A DNA stretch of 64,000 bases from Bacteroidales bacterium. GTDB taxonomy: Bacteria > Bacteroidota > Bacteroidia > Bacteroidales > UBA10428. A program made the translations under genes and the position numbers. Of the stretch, positions 47,795-58,644 are shown piece after piece (position 1 is the first letter of the stretch; every line of letters starts with the position of its first letter). The stretch lies in NCBI GenBank assembly GCA_016929525.1, contig JAFGIP010000048.1, forward strand, positions 4,988-68,987, given 5' to 3'. The notes under the pieces were generated by a model. It was not told the DNA's origin and ran no database searches. It saw only the letters and a list, made by a program, of their open reading frames with translations.

Positions 47795-49105
47795 ATGTAT
47801 AGTCATTTAAGTGAGCAGTATAAGATTAAGTTTGGAAATCTGGAGGATATAGATATTAATGGTTATCAAGAGATTATTGGCAGTAAGGAAATTGAAAAGC
47901 TTAAAAAGATTGCCGGAAAATTAGAAGGTAAACGTTGGGCGAATGTTAATTCTACGTTTGAAGGAGGCGGTGTTGCTGAAATGCTTAAAAGTATTGTTCC
48001 AATTGCAAGAGGCCTTGGCATAGACTGCACCTGGTATTGTATCGAAGCTACTGATGATTTCTATATTGTAACCAAAAAATTCCATAACATAATTCAAGGT
48101 TTGGATCAACATTTTACCCTCGAGGAATTGCTTGATTTATATGTTAATACAAACAGAAGAAATTTTGAAAATATCAGTATAAATGCCGATTATTCAGTAG
48201 TACATGACCCACAGCCATGTGCATCTGTAGTGCATGGCAATTATACTGGTAAAAAAGTATGGCGATGTCATATAGATACGTCGGAGGCGAATGATCTTAT
48301 TTGGAATTTTCTGGTGCCTTATATTAATAATTATGATGGGGTTATTTTTTCGCATCCGGAATTTGTGAAAACCGGGGTCAGAAAACCGGTTTTTCAAATA
48401 CCGCCATCCATTGATCCTTTAACTGTTAAAAACAGGCAAAAAACCAGAGAAGAGTCTCTCTCAATTCTTTATGAGTTATTGAATGAACACAATATAGATC
48501 CCGAAAGACCAATTGTGTTGGCCGTATCTCGTTATGATATCCATAAAAATCAGGAAACTATTGTCAAAGTTTTTAAAGAATTAAAAAAAGACCGGGACAT
48601 TTCAAAATTAAAACCAATATTGATTATTGTTGGTAACTCTGCTACAGACGATCCTGAAGGTATGGAAATGTTTAAAAAGATATATGGCCAGGTAGAAGAC
48701 GATAAAGATATTTTTACTCTGCTTAATATACCCAATAACGATGAAAATATCGGTGCTCTTATGTCTATTGCTGATGTATTTATTCATATTTCTACGAAAG
48801 AGGGGTTTGGATTGGTAGTTACTGAAGCAATGTGGCAGGGAACCCCGGTTATCGGAAGTAACGTTGGAGGGATTCGTCTTCAGATAATCAATGATAAAAC
48901 AGGTTATCTCGTAGAACCTTTTGAAATTGATAAAATGAAGACATATATAAAGCACATATTATTGAATCCTGAAGAAAAGGAACGATTAGGTTACAGTGCC
49001 ATTGAACATGTACGCAATAATTTCCTTGTAACAAACCTTGTTAGACGCCATTTGGTGCTAATGAGCTTCTATCTCGGAATTGATTATCCTTGCTTTGAGC
49101 TTTAA
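47795..49105 (+). CDS. GT4 glycosyltransferase, TreT (trehalose glycosyltransferring synthase)-like subgroup
   Basis: NVNSTFEGGGVAEMLKSIVPIARGLGIDCTW at the N-terminus and EGFGLVVTEAMWQGTPVIGSNVGGI at the C-terminus. Confidence 0.7.
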   Translation: MYSHLSEQYKIKFGNLEDIDINGYQEIIGSKEIEKLKKIAGKLEGKRWANVNSTFEGGGVAEMLKSIVPIARGLGIDCTWYCIEATDDFYIVTKKFHNIIQGLDQHFTLEELLDLYVNTNRRNFENISINADYSVVHDPQPCASVVHGNYTGKKVWRCHIDTSEANDLIWNFLVPYINNYDGVIFSHPEFVKTGVRKPVFQIPPSIDPLTVKNRQKTREESLSILYELLNEHNIDPERPIVLAVSRYDIHKNQETIVKVFKELKKDRDISKLKPILIIVGNSATDDPEGMEMFKKIYGQVEDDKDIFTLLNIPNNDENIGALMSIADVFIHISTKEGFGLVVTEAMWQGTPVIGSNVGGIRLQIINDKTGYLVEPFEIDKMKTYIKHILLNPEEKERLGYSAIEHVRNNFLVTNLVRRHLVLMSFYLGIDYPCFEL

Positions 49106-49154
49106 TGGTTCTGTATTTCAATCTCCTGAAATGTATGTTTAAAATCAAATAATA

Positions 49155-50231
49155 ATGAAGAAAATTATTTTAATTCTGGTAATATTTTCTTTTGCTTGTA
49201 ATGCCCAGACAGTAGATTCTTTGTTTAAAATCAAGGGCTTTTGCATTGCAGCACCGCAACCTGAAGAGTTAAACAGGTTTATTTCATTCATGGAAAATGA
49301 ACTGGCACTAAATGGTTTTAATACATTGGTATTGCGTGTCGATTATAATTATCAGTATGAGTCGTACCCAAATCTTAGTAATCAAAATGCACTTTCAAAA
49401 GATGAAGTAAAACTATTGATAACATCTGCTAAGAAGAATAATATCAATGTAATACCTCAAATTAATTTATTAGGTCATCAGTCATGGGCCGGAAGTATGG
49501 GTAACCTGCTGAAAGAGTACCCTGAATTTGATGAGACACCTTCTGTAAAACTTCCGGAAGTATATAAATGGCCTAATAATGAGGGTCTCTATTGTAAGAG
49601 CTACTGTCCGTTACATCCGGGTGTTCATGAAATTATATTTGCATTGGTTGATGAGATAATGGGGGTTTATGAGGCTACAGCTTTCCATGCAGGTATGGAT
49701 GAAGTGTTTTACATTGGCATGGATGAGTGTCCTAGATGCAATAACAAAGATAAAGCTGAATTATTTGCAGGTGAAGTAAAGAAAATACATGATCATCTGG
49801 CTAAAAACAATCAGGAATTATGGATCTGGGGAGACCGACTTTTAGATGGTGAATCGACCGGTCTTGGCATTTGGGAGGCAAGTGCAAATAACACTTTTCA
49901 TGCAATCGATAAGATACCTAAAGATGTAGTTATCTGTGACTGGCATTACGATAAGGCTGAAGCTACCGCACCCTGTTTCACTATAAAAGGTTTCAAAGTA
50001 ATTACCTGTCCATGGAATAAAGCAGATGTTACCAGGGCTCAACTTGAAATGACAGAATTTTTTCTTTTAAACAGCAACCCCGTACTCAGTGAAAAATATT
50101 TAGGCGTTATGCAGACAATATGGAGTTCCGTTACCGATTTCCTTGACCTGTATTATAGTGCTGAAGGAGATAATGAGTTATCTGGACCAGTGAACTCCTT
50201 TAAGGAAATGATCAGCTATTTCAAAGAGTAG
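49155..50231 (+). CDS. GH20-like (hexosaminidase-fold) secreted protein
   Basis: Signal peptide, a TIM-barrel-like LVLRVDYNY segment and HAGMDEV, which resembles the GH20 H-x-G-x-D-E catalytic block. Confidence 0.55.
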   Translation: MKKIILILVIFSFACNAQTVDSLFKIKGFCIAAPQPEELNRFISFMENELALNGFNTLVLRVDYNYQYESYPNLSNQNALSKDEVKLLITSAKKNNINVIPQINLLGHQSWAGSMGNLLKEYPEFDETPSVKLPEVYKWPNNEGLYCKSYCPLHPGVHEIIFALVDEIMGVYEATAFHAGMDEVFYIGMDECPRCNNKDKAELFAGEVKKIHDHLAKNNQELWIWGDRLLDGESTGLGIWEASANNTFHAIDKIPKDVVICDWHYDKAEATAPCFTIKGFKVITCPWNKADVTRAQLEMTEFFLLNSNPVLSEKYLGVMQTIWSSVTDFLDLYYSAEGDNELSGPVNSFKEMISYFKE

Positions 50232-50349
50232 AATGTAAACACGACTCGTAATTACGTTTTTATATTACTTATACATTTGAATTAAGCACGTTCATTAAAA
50301 TAATTTATGTAGCTTTAATAAGAATCTTTAAACCAATAATCTTTAAGTT

Positions 50350-50862
50350 ATGAAAATACACATCCAACAAAAGCATGTTATTTTATTAGCTGTTTGTTTA
50401 ATAGCATTAGGATTCCTTTTTTCCTGTAAGAATGCTGCTGAAAAAGCAGCTGAAAAATTTATTGAAAAATCTATCGAACGCTCATCGGGTGAAGAAGTTG
50501 ATATCGATTATGATGATGAAAAAGTTGTAATTGAAACTGAAGAAGGTAAAATAGAAGTAGATGCCGGAACAAAAAAATGGCCTGCCGGAATACCATCTGA
50601 AGTTCCTGAGTTTGATTATGGTAAAATAGTAGGTGTTACTACAAATGCAACAGATGAAATAAAAGGCTGGACAATTGTTTATTCAGAAGTTGTAAAAGAT
50701 GCTACTGAAAAATATAATGAAACGTTGCAGTCAAAAGGTTTTAAAACCCAAACAGTTGGAGTAAGCGGGATGGGAGGAACCATTACTGCCGAAAAAGACA
50801 ATATTGTTATTGGAGTATATGCAGGTGATGGTGATGCAAGTGTTTCTGTTCAGGTGAAGTAA
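50350..50862 (+). CDS. Lipoprotein, unknown function
   Basis: Lipobox GFLFSC; 170 aa. Confidence 0.55.
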   Translation: MKIHIQQKHVILLAVCLIALGFLFSCKNAAEKAAEKFIEKSIERSSGEEVDIDYDDEKVVIETEEGKIEVDAGTKKWPAGIPSEVPEFDYGKIVGVTTNATDEIKGWTIVYSEVVKDATEKYNETLQSKGFKTQTVGVSGMGGTITAEKDNIVIGVYAGDGDASVSVQVK

Positions 50863-50976
50863 ATTTTAATTCACTTATTTCTTTTTGCAAAATAATCAAT
50901 ACCGTTATAAAAAGTTCGAAATAAAATCGCACTACTGAAGATTATTTCGAACTTTTCATTCAGATAATATTTTAAG

Positions 50977-52125
50977 TTAGATCACCATTAATTTAAAGGA
51001 TTGAGAGGATAAATCTGTTTTTACCAGGATGAAATAAATACCGGAAGATAATTCGTGTGTATCAATCTCATAGACAAGTTTATTGCTGGAAATTACCGGT
51101 AATAAATTACATTTAATTTTCTCGCCGTTAACCGATATCAGGTCTACGCTGAGTATTCTGTTTTCCTGGGTATCCAGTTCTAACCTGGTTTGATTTATTG
51201 CCGGATTAGGATATAAATTACCATTTATTATGATTTTACTCTGATAATCTTCCTGTATTGACACAGGATTGGAATAGTTCCACCCTGCCAGCGATGCAAA
51301 CATCCACCATGCTGCATAGGCTTTTAAATTGGCATTAAACGGTTCACTATGAGCCGATTCACACTCATACCAATCAACACCTTCTTCATGCGAATTCTGG
51401 TATTCAACCGCCCAGTTTCCAATTACTTCACCACTTTCATTATAATAATTGCAAGCATCATCTGCATTATCCTTATAACAGGTTCCGTCGGGTCCATAGC
51501 TTTCTATATCTGCAAAATCAAATAGTACTTTATTGTTATTCAGACAATAAGAACGGATAGAATCATTTGCTGCATTTACACTTTCCCGGGCGCTGTATTC
51601 CAAATGACCTGTCATATAAACAAAAATCACATCAGGATATGCTGCTTCCAGTATGTTCATGGGTTCAAGGAATTCTTCATATAATACCCCGTCATCATAT
51701 TTCGAGTCAACTTGCCCGCACCAAGACCACATAATAACATTCACGTTGCTGTTTTCGGGACTTTCTAAATATGATATTGTGTTATTATACCAGTCGGGGT
51801 AATATCCTACATCACCACTCATGGCATAATCATGAAGATCTAAAGCTCCGTCAGTTCCACCGTTATTCCATTCGAAAATATCATTTGGAAGTGATAAACC
51901 CCGGCCACCGCTATTGGCAAAATCAACGAGGCCATTCATTCCGGTTGTAACCTGGCTGCCATGAGAGGTGTGTCCATATGCAATGTGAAGCTGTTCCTTA
52001 GCATTCTCAATAGCGGATTGCGGAATTACCGAAATATTGGTACAGTTATAATCAATAATCAGCTGGGAATATATTGAAAACGAAAAGACTATTAGAAAAA
52101 ATAGAGAAATACCTAAGAATTTCAT
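50977..52125 (-). CDS. Secreted protein of unknown function with T9SS C-terminal sorting domain
   Basis: Signal peptide and the CTD NLYPNPAINQTRLEL...GIYFILV. Confidence 0.65.
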   Translation of the reverse strand: MKFLGISLFFLIVFSFSIYSQLIIDYNCTNISVIPQSAIENAKEQLHIAYGHTSHGSQVTTGMNGLVDFANSGGRGLSLPNDIFEWNNGGTDGALDLHDYAMSGDVGYYPDWYNNTISYLESPENSNVNVIMWSWCGQVDSKYDDGVLYEEFLEPMNILEAAYPDVIFVYMTGHLEYSARESVNAANDSIRSYCLNNNKVLFDFADIESYGPDGTCYKDNADDACNYYNESGEVIGNWAVEYQNSHEEGVDWYECESAHSEPFNANLKAYAAWWMFASLAGWNYSNPVSIQEDYQSKIIINGNLYPNPAINQTRLELDTQENRILSVDLISVNGEKIKCNLLPVISSNKLVYEIDTHELSSGIYFILVKTDLSSQSFKLMVI

Positions 52126-52301
52126 ATTGGTTGGTTTTAGTTAGTAAAATAAATTACGTTGTATATACGTGTATTTTTAAGATTTGTTATTTAACATCAG
52201 TATTTGCGTAAATTACAGGCACAGCATCTCGAAACAAAAAGTTACTCTGATTGTTGCTACATTAGATAAATCAGATATTTAAAAATACAAAACGCAGGAC
52301 T

Positions 52302-52712
52302 ATGAAACGAACGTCAACAGCTGTCTGGAAAGGCACTGCTAAAGATGGAAGAGGTTATCTTACCACACAAAGTACTACTCTCGATAATACAAAATATACC
52401 TGGAAATCTCGCTTTGAAGGAGACCCGGAAACAAATCCCGAAGAACTTATTGCAGCTGCACATGCTGGTTGTTTTAGTATGGCCTTTAGCTTTGCCCTTA
52501 ACAATGAGGGGTACACAGCTGATAACATTGAAACAACTGCTACTGTAACACTGGATAATGGAACTATCACACATTCTCATCTTATCGTTAATGCAAAAGT
52601 ACCAGGTATAAATCAGGAAACATTTGAAAAATGTGCAAAAGGTGCAAAAGAAAGTTGTCCTGTATCGAAAGTATTAAATCTTGATATATCAATGGATGCC
52701 AAATTAGTTTGA
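52302..52712 (+). CDS. osmC: OsmC-family peroxiredoxin
   Basis: NPEELIAAAHAGCFSMAF and ESCPVSK contain the two conserved Cys residues. Confidence 0.9.
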   Translation: MKRTSTAVWKGTAKDGRGYLTTQSTTLDNTKYTWKSRFEGDPETNPEELIAAAHAGCFSMAFSFALNNEGYTADNIETTATVTLDNGTITHSHLIVNAKVPGINQETFEKCAKGAKESCPVSKVLNLDISMDAKLV

Positions 52713-52930
52713 TTATTTACTATATATGAAAATTGTTAAGAGTCTTAAAATGAGTTATATATCAGTTTAAAGATTCTTTATGAAATCAGATAAAATATCA
52801 AAACATACTGGAATGTTAATATCAAATGCTAAATATGTTGTGTAAATGTCTGACTGAGGCTTACTTTTACTACGTCCTATAATAATATTGAATTATAACC
52901 ATTTACAGATTTCGAATATTCTTACATAAT

Positions 52931-53344
52931 ATGGTTAAAACAACAGTAGGAGCAATTATTACCAACAATGACAAACCTAAAAAGTTACTTCTTACTAAAA
53001 GAGCCATTGAACCTTTTAAAGGTTATTGGTGCTTTCCGGGGGGGCACATCGATGAATACGAAAAGGCTGAAAATGCAGTAATCAGAGAAGTTAAAGAGGA
53101 AACAGGTCTAGATTTCAAACCGTCGTTCGTAATGTATTCCGACGAGATTATTCCCGAAGTTAATCAGCATGCTGTTGTACTTATTTTCCAGGGTACAGGT
53201 TCTGGAGAACTCTTAATTGAGGAAAGCGAAGTACTGGAAGCCAAATGGTTTAACTTTAAAGAAGCCAGAGAACTTAAACTCGCATTCGGGCACAATCAGA
53301 TTCTTGACGAGTTTTTAAGAAATAACTATGTTCTTATCCTTTAA
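52931..53344 (+). CDS. NUDIX hydrolase
   Basis: Nudix box GGHIDEYEKAENAVIREVKEETGL. Confidence 0.88.
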   Translation: MVKTTVGAIITNNDKPKKLLLTKRAIEPFKGYWCFPGGHIDEYEKAENAVIREVKEETGLDFKPSFVMYSDEIIPEVNQHAVVLIFQGTGSGELLIEESEVLEAKWFNFKEARELKLAFGHNQILDEFLRNNYVLIL

Positions 53345-53388
53345 TTGTTTATGACAATTACCTCATTATTTTAGGCTATATATCCTTT

Positions 53389-54318
53389 TCAATAATTCCC
53401 TTGAATATCAAGGTTTATTAAGCCCATATCAGTGGCTGTTTTAACAATCTTATAATATTCATGATCTGTTATTCCATGCGCTATTTCGGGATAAAAACGT
53501 GCATTATTATAAGGTCTGTACTGAATCATTAGATTGAGGTAAGTTTCTTTTGGCAGATGTTGTGCAATCCATTTTACTACCTTTGTTGAATCACTAGATC
53601 CATTTGGCATAACCAGATGTCTGATCATAAGTCCTTTGAACATTATACCATTTTGTGCCGGTTTAGCAATGCCAACCTGACTGTTCATTTCTAACAGTGC
53701 ATTTTTTGTTATTTCAGGGTATGATCCGGCTTTTGATGAGTATTTCGAGGATATTTCAGGATCCAAATATTTAAAATCTGCAAGGTATATATCGACGATA
53801 CCATCCAATATTTTTAATATGTCATATTTTTCCCAGCCACTTGTATTATAAACCAAGGGCAACTTTAATCCTTTTTCGGCAGCTATATCTAAAGATAGAA
53901 TAATGTGAGGGGAAAAATGGGTTGGTGTAACGACATTGATATTATGACATCCGATACTCTGAAGTTGTAACATAATATAGGCAAGGTCTTCAACTGAAAT
54001 AATCTTTCCTTTTCCCTCAATACTTATATCATAATTAATACAGAACTCGCAACCCAGGTTACAGTGCGAAAAGAATATAGTTCCCGAACCTCCTGAACCT
54101 ACAAGAGGGACTTCCTCTCCAAAATGCGGGTGGTATGAAGCAATTTTTATTTCTGAAGTTGCATTACAAAATCCTTTTTCACCTTTAAATCTGTTTACAT
54201 GACATTCTCTGGGGCAAAGATCACAACGTTCCATGCGTTTCATTAATTTTTCTCCTCTGCGTTTCAAATCTCCTGTGTTGTGCAATCTTAGATATGACGG
54301 CTCAAATTTATTCTTCAT
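53389..54318 (-). CDS. Radical SAM protein, PflX/PFL-activase-like
   Basis: CNLGCEFC (CxxxCxxC) plus the N-terminal CDLCPRECHVNR Cys cluster. Confidence 0.85.
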   Translation of the reverse strand: MKNKFEPSYLRLHNTGDLKRRGEKLMKRMERCDLCPRECHVNRFKGEKGFCNATSEIKIASYHPHFGEEVPLVGSGGSGTIFFSHCNLGCEFCINYDISIEGKGKIISVEDLAYIMLQLQSIGCHNINVVTPTHFSPHIILSLDIAAEKGLKLPLVYNTSGWEKYDILKILDGIVDIYLADFKYLDPEISSKYSSKAGSYPEITKNALLEMNSQVGIAKPAQNGIMFKGLMIRHLVMPNGSSDSTKVVKWIAQHLPKETYLNLMIQYRPYNNARFYPEIAHGITDHEYYKIVKTATDMGLINLDIQGNY

Positions 54319-54444
54319 ACTTCACACGGCTTTTTCAGACTTAAAGATAGAAAAGCTTATTATCAATTCATATAAGTTCATTTTACGTCTTAGTTGCTAT
54401 TTAATATTTCTGAAGAATATTAAACTTCATTTTAAACTGCCTAA

Positions 54445-56667
54445 TTTAAAGCAACCTTATTAAATCTTACTTGTCTAATAATTCTGACCGTTATTCTGAC
54501 ATTTTTATCAAAACTTTATGCACAGGAGGAAGAACTCGATGACCGAACTTATTCACCACGCTTTTACATTCCAAACAGCGATACAACACTGGATGCGTTA
54601 CCACTTAAGTCGACCAGTGCAGAAGTTAAAATTGCTGGTGTAATTGCCGATGTGACTGTTAACCAGACTTATGCCAATGAAGGTACACGTGCAATTTAAG
54701 CAAAATATGTATTTCCTGCTTCAACCCGTGCAGCCGTATATTACCTGCATATGCGTATTGGAGACCGTTTAATGATTGCCGATGTTGTTGAAAGGCAGGA
54801 AGCCCAGGCTATTTATGACAGCGCTCTTAGTAATGGAAATACAGCAACATTACTGGAACAAATGACACCTAACGTTTTCCAAATGAGTGTTGCTAATATT
54901 TTACCTGGTGATACCATAGAAATTGAAATGCGTTATACTGAACTGCTTGTTCCTGTGGAAGCAATTTATGAATTTGTTTATCCAACAGTGGTTGGTCCCA
55001 GGTATACAGGAGGAGAAGGAGAAGAATGGACAGAAGGACCTTACCAGCATGAGGGGGAAGATTCGTTGTACGAGTTTAATATTGAGGTTTCAATTGATGC
55101 CGGAATGCCTATAGCTGAGGTTAATTGTATTTCACACCCCGATATTCCAATCGTATTTAATTCTGCAAAGGAGGTGTTGGTAATTCCTGACGAAGAAACA
55201 GATATAAAAGGTAACAAAGATTTTATTCTTCAGTATATTTTAGCTGGCAGTAAAATTCAAACAGGATTGCTGGCTTACGAAGGTGAGGAGGAAAACTTCT
55301 TTCTGGCAATGATGCAACCACCGCAGCACCCTAATCCTGGTGACATACCACAACGCGAATACGTTTTTATTATGGATGTATCAGGATCGATGAGCGGTTT
55401 CCCGATTTCAGTATCAAAGGCCTTAATGGTTGATATATTGTACGATTTAAGAAGCACAGATCGTTTTAATATTTTATTCTTCGCCGGAGGCAGTTATCTT
55501 TTTAGTACTGCATCGGTAGAAGCAACCACTGAAAACATTAACGCAGCCGTACTTGCTGTTGAAAATCAGACAGGAGGTGGGGGAACTGAGTTACTCCCTG
55601 CTCTTGAAAGGGCACTTTCTTTACCTGGCACAGAAAATTTCTCACGTATTTTCCTGATCCTTACCGATGGATATGTAACGGTGGAGCGTGAAGCTTTTGA
55701 TCTGATCCGCAATAACCTGGGCGAAGCAAACTTTTTTACATTTGGCATAGGAACTGGAGTGAACAGGTACATCATAGAAGGAATGGCACATGTTGGACAG
55801 GGAGAACCGTTTATTGCAACAGCCCTGGAAGAAGCTGAAGAAAAAGCAGATCTGTTTAAGATCTATGTTGAATCACCTGTGCTTACAAATATTACAGCTG
55901 AGTTTGAAGGTTTTGGCGCATATGATGTAGAACCTCTGCAGGTTTCCGATATTTTTGCTGAAAGACCTGTTATTCTGTATGGAAAATACGAAGATGAACT
56001 TTCAGGATCTTTGAATATCAATGGTGAATCAGGAGTTAATCAATATTCACGTTCACTTGATATTGGAAGCTACCAGGCCAAGGAAGGAAACAAAGCACTT
56101 ATGTATTTATGGGCCCGTAAACGAATTCAACTATTGAGCGATTATACACAGTTATATAATGGAGCTGATGATGAAAGCATTAATGAGATTATTGAACTTG
56201 GCATTAAGTATAATTTACTTACACAATATACCTCATTTATTGTTGTAGATTCAGTGATTCGCTGCGATACCTGCACAGCAGAAACTGTTAACCAGCCTTT
56301 ACCACTGCCGGAAGGAGTGGGAGACGAAGCTCTTGGCTGGGGTTATGCTGTATCGGATAATATTATTACTACTGAGGAAGAAAGAGGTATTTATATTGAA
56401 AATATTTATCCGAATCCGGTTCATGATCAGTTTACTGTAATGATCAGAATACTGGATACAGAAACTGATCTCGCGAAAAAATTAAAGATCACTGATATTG
56501 CAGGCAGACTTGTTGGCGAATATGATATAAGTGAACTTGAAAGAGGATACCATACGCTGTACCTAAGTATCAATGAAAACTTTAGTTCAATAAAAAAAGG
56601 AATATATTTTATTTCATTATCCATTGATTCTAAAATAATGCATACGGTGAAATTTACTGTTCAATAG
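54445..56667 (+). pseudogene. VIT + VWA domain T9SS cargo protein with an in-frame TAA and no in-frame start codon
   Basis: The frame is open from 54445 and shows a signal-peptide-like LIILTVILTFLSKLYAQ but no ATG, GTG or TTG. A TAA at 54697-54699 sits where the VIT domain has a conserved Glu (..RAI*AKYVFPAS). The VWA MIDAS motif is DVSGSMSG. The CTD begins IYPNPVHDQFTV. Confidence 0.75.
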
Positions 56668-56703
56668 AATATTTTATTTCAGTTATAATTTAAGTCGATA
56701 GGA

Positions 56704-56736
56704 AAACTGCCTGATCGTGTGATGGTCAGGCAGTTT
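56704..56736. terminator. Bidirectional hairpin between convergent genes
   Basis: aaactgcctga / tcaggcagttt arms with an 11-nt loop. Confidence 0.55.
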
Positions 56737-56780
56737 GAGTTATTAGTATCTACCATTTTAGAAATATGTGGTAATTCAAT

Positions 56781-57218
56781 TCATATTAATACTTTCACTT
56801 TAATATAAAAAGCTGTAAATACAATAGACCAGGCGATCTGACTAAGTAACAAGTACAAATAACTTAATTTATTATACCCGTAATATTTTGTATTAAGAAA
56901 TACACCTAATGGAATAGACAATAAGATAGGAGTGAGTATGACGATTCCCGGCAATCCGTATTTGGTTTTCAATAATACCAGACGTCTGTTTCTTTTTGTA
57001 AATACTTTCCTGTTCTTTTTTTTTCTCGCAGGTAGCAATGCATTAAAAACCCTGATTATACCTTTTGATATCATAGTAGAGACAACAATTCCCAGTATAC
57101 CGCCGATATTGGTATAAAGTAATATTTCAAAAAAAGACATTTTAAAGAGAAAAACAGCAACAGGAAAGGTTGCTGCAAATTTCCAGGTACTTGAGATTAT
57201 TACTGTAAGTTCTTTCAT
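56781..57218 (-). CDS. Small polytopic membrane protein, unknown function
   Basis: 4 hydrophobic segments and a central KKKNRK loop. Confidence 0.55.
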   Translation of the reverse strand: MKELTVIISSTWKFAATFPVAVFLFKMSFFEILLYTNIGGILGIVVSTMISKGIIRVFNALLPARKKKNRKVFTKRNRRLVLLKTKYGLPGIVILTPILLSIPLGVFLNTKYYGYNKLSYLYLLLSQIAWSIVFTAFYIKVKVLI

Positions 57219-57359
57219 TGATACAATAATAATATAAAAAATAGATTGAAGTAAGAATACTATTTTAATAACTTAAACAAATCATATATTATTAGTATGA
57301 TTTATTAATACCTTAGACAGGATTAATCCGGTATTCAAGAATGCCAAGAAAAGTTTGGA

Positions 57360-58637
57360 ATGACAAATAAAGAATCTTATTGGACACCTCTTGATAACGC
57401 GGCGAAGATCTTTCCTGCCATTCGCTCTAAAGAACATACCACAGTTGTTAGGTTGACAGTTGTCTTGAAGGAAAGGGTAACAATAAAACATCTATTTAAG
57501 GCAATTGAATATTCTGAGAAAAGGTTTCCCTACTTTAAAGTTAGTTTAAGGAAAGGTTTCTTCTGGTATTACCTTGAACAAGAAGACAGCCCTGTTATTG
57601 TTGAGGTTGATAAAGGAAAACCATGCCAGGCATTTAATAATAAAGGAAACCGGTTAATGTACAGGATTTTAGTTTATAAAAACCAGATTAGTGTTGAGTT
57701 CTCACATATTCTGACCGATGGATTTGGATTGTCGGAATTTCTTAAATCAATTCTTTATTATTATTTTAGAGAAAAGGGAATTGTGCAAATTAATGAGCTA
57801 AATGGATTTTACAATTCAATTCATGATCCTGAAGAATTTGAAGATGCCTATAACAGATATTTTAAAGAGAAAATTCCTTATGTTATCAAACAGCCAAAAG
57901 CTTTCCATTTACCATATTCCCTTAGTAAAAGGCCCAGGTTCGATGTTCTTGTAGCTTTATTATCGATTTCAGGTTTGAAGAATAAAGCTGATGAGAAAGG
58001 CGTTAGCATTACTGACTATCTGGTAGCTGTTTATTTATGGGTGCTGCAGTCTGTTATCAGTGATTTGAAGAAAGAAAAGAATGTTGTTAAAAATAAAATT
58101 CTCAGAATTCAGGTGCCTGTAAATCTGCGAAATATTTATCCTTCCAGAACAATGCGCAACTTTTCGCTTTTTGTTATGCCAGAAATAGACCTGCGTCTTG
58201 GTCAGTATTCATTCGATGAGATATTGAAGATAGTATATCATAAAATGAAGTTAGAGACCGATGAGAAGTTGATAAATAAGATTATTTCGCGAAATGTAGG
58301 CAGTGAGAGAAACCTTATTGTCCGTGGAATACCATTGTTACTAAAAAGCCTTGTACTGTATTTTAAGTATTATTCAGAGGGAGCTAATCAATATAGCGGA
58401 GTAGTAACAAATTTGGGAAAGGTAAAACTACCAGAGGTCATGAGCAATGAAATTGATTATTTTATTGTTACTCCGCCACCGCCAAATAAAAAGTTAAAGT
58501 TGAATTGTGGTGTAATAGGTTTTAAGGATAAATTGGTTTTAAGCTTTGGAAATATCACAAAATCTAAAGAACTTGAAAAGAGATTTATCAGATTTTTAAT
58601 CAATGAAGGAATTAAAGTAAAAATATCCAAAAATTGA
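57360..58637 (+). CDS. HxxxD-motif acyltransferase (condensation/PapA5/alcohol-acetyltransferase-like superfamily)
   Basis: N-terminal PLDNAAKIFPA and the catalytic-type motif EFSHILTDGFG. Confidence 0.65.
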   Translation: MTNKESYWTPLDNAAKIFPAIRSKEHTTVVRLTVVLKERVTIKHLFKAIEYSEKRFPYFKVSLRKGFFWYYLEQEDSPVIVEVDKGKPCQAFNNKGNRLMYRILVYKNQISVEFSHILTDGFGLSEFLKSILYYYFREKGIVQINELNGFYNSIHDPEEFEDAYNRYFKEKIPYVIKQPKAFHLPYSLSKRPRFDVLVALLSISGLKNKADEKGVSITDYLVAVYLWVLQSVISDLKKEKNVVKNKILRIQVPVNLRNIYPSRTMRNFSLFVMPEIDLRLGQYSFDEILKIVYHKMKLETDEKLINKIISRNVGSERNLIVRGIPLLLKSLVLYFKYYSEGANQYSGVVTNLGKVKLPEVMSNEIDYFIVTPPPPNKKLKLNCGVIGFKDKLVLSFGNITKSKELEKRFIRFLINEGIKVKISKN

Positions 58638-58644
58638 GCGGATT

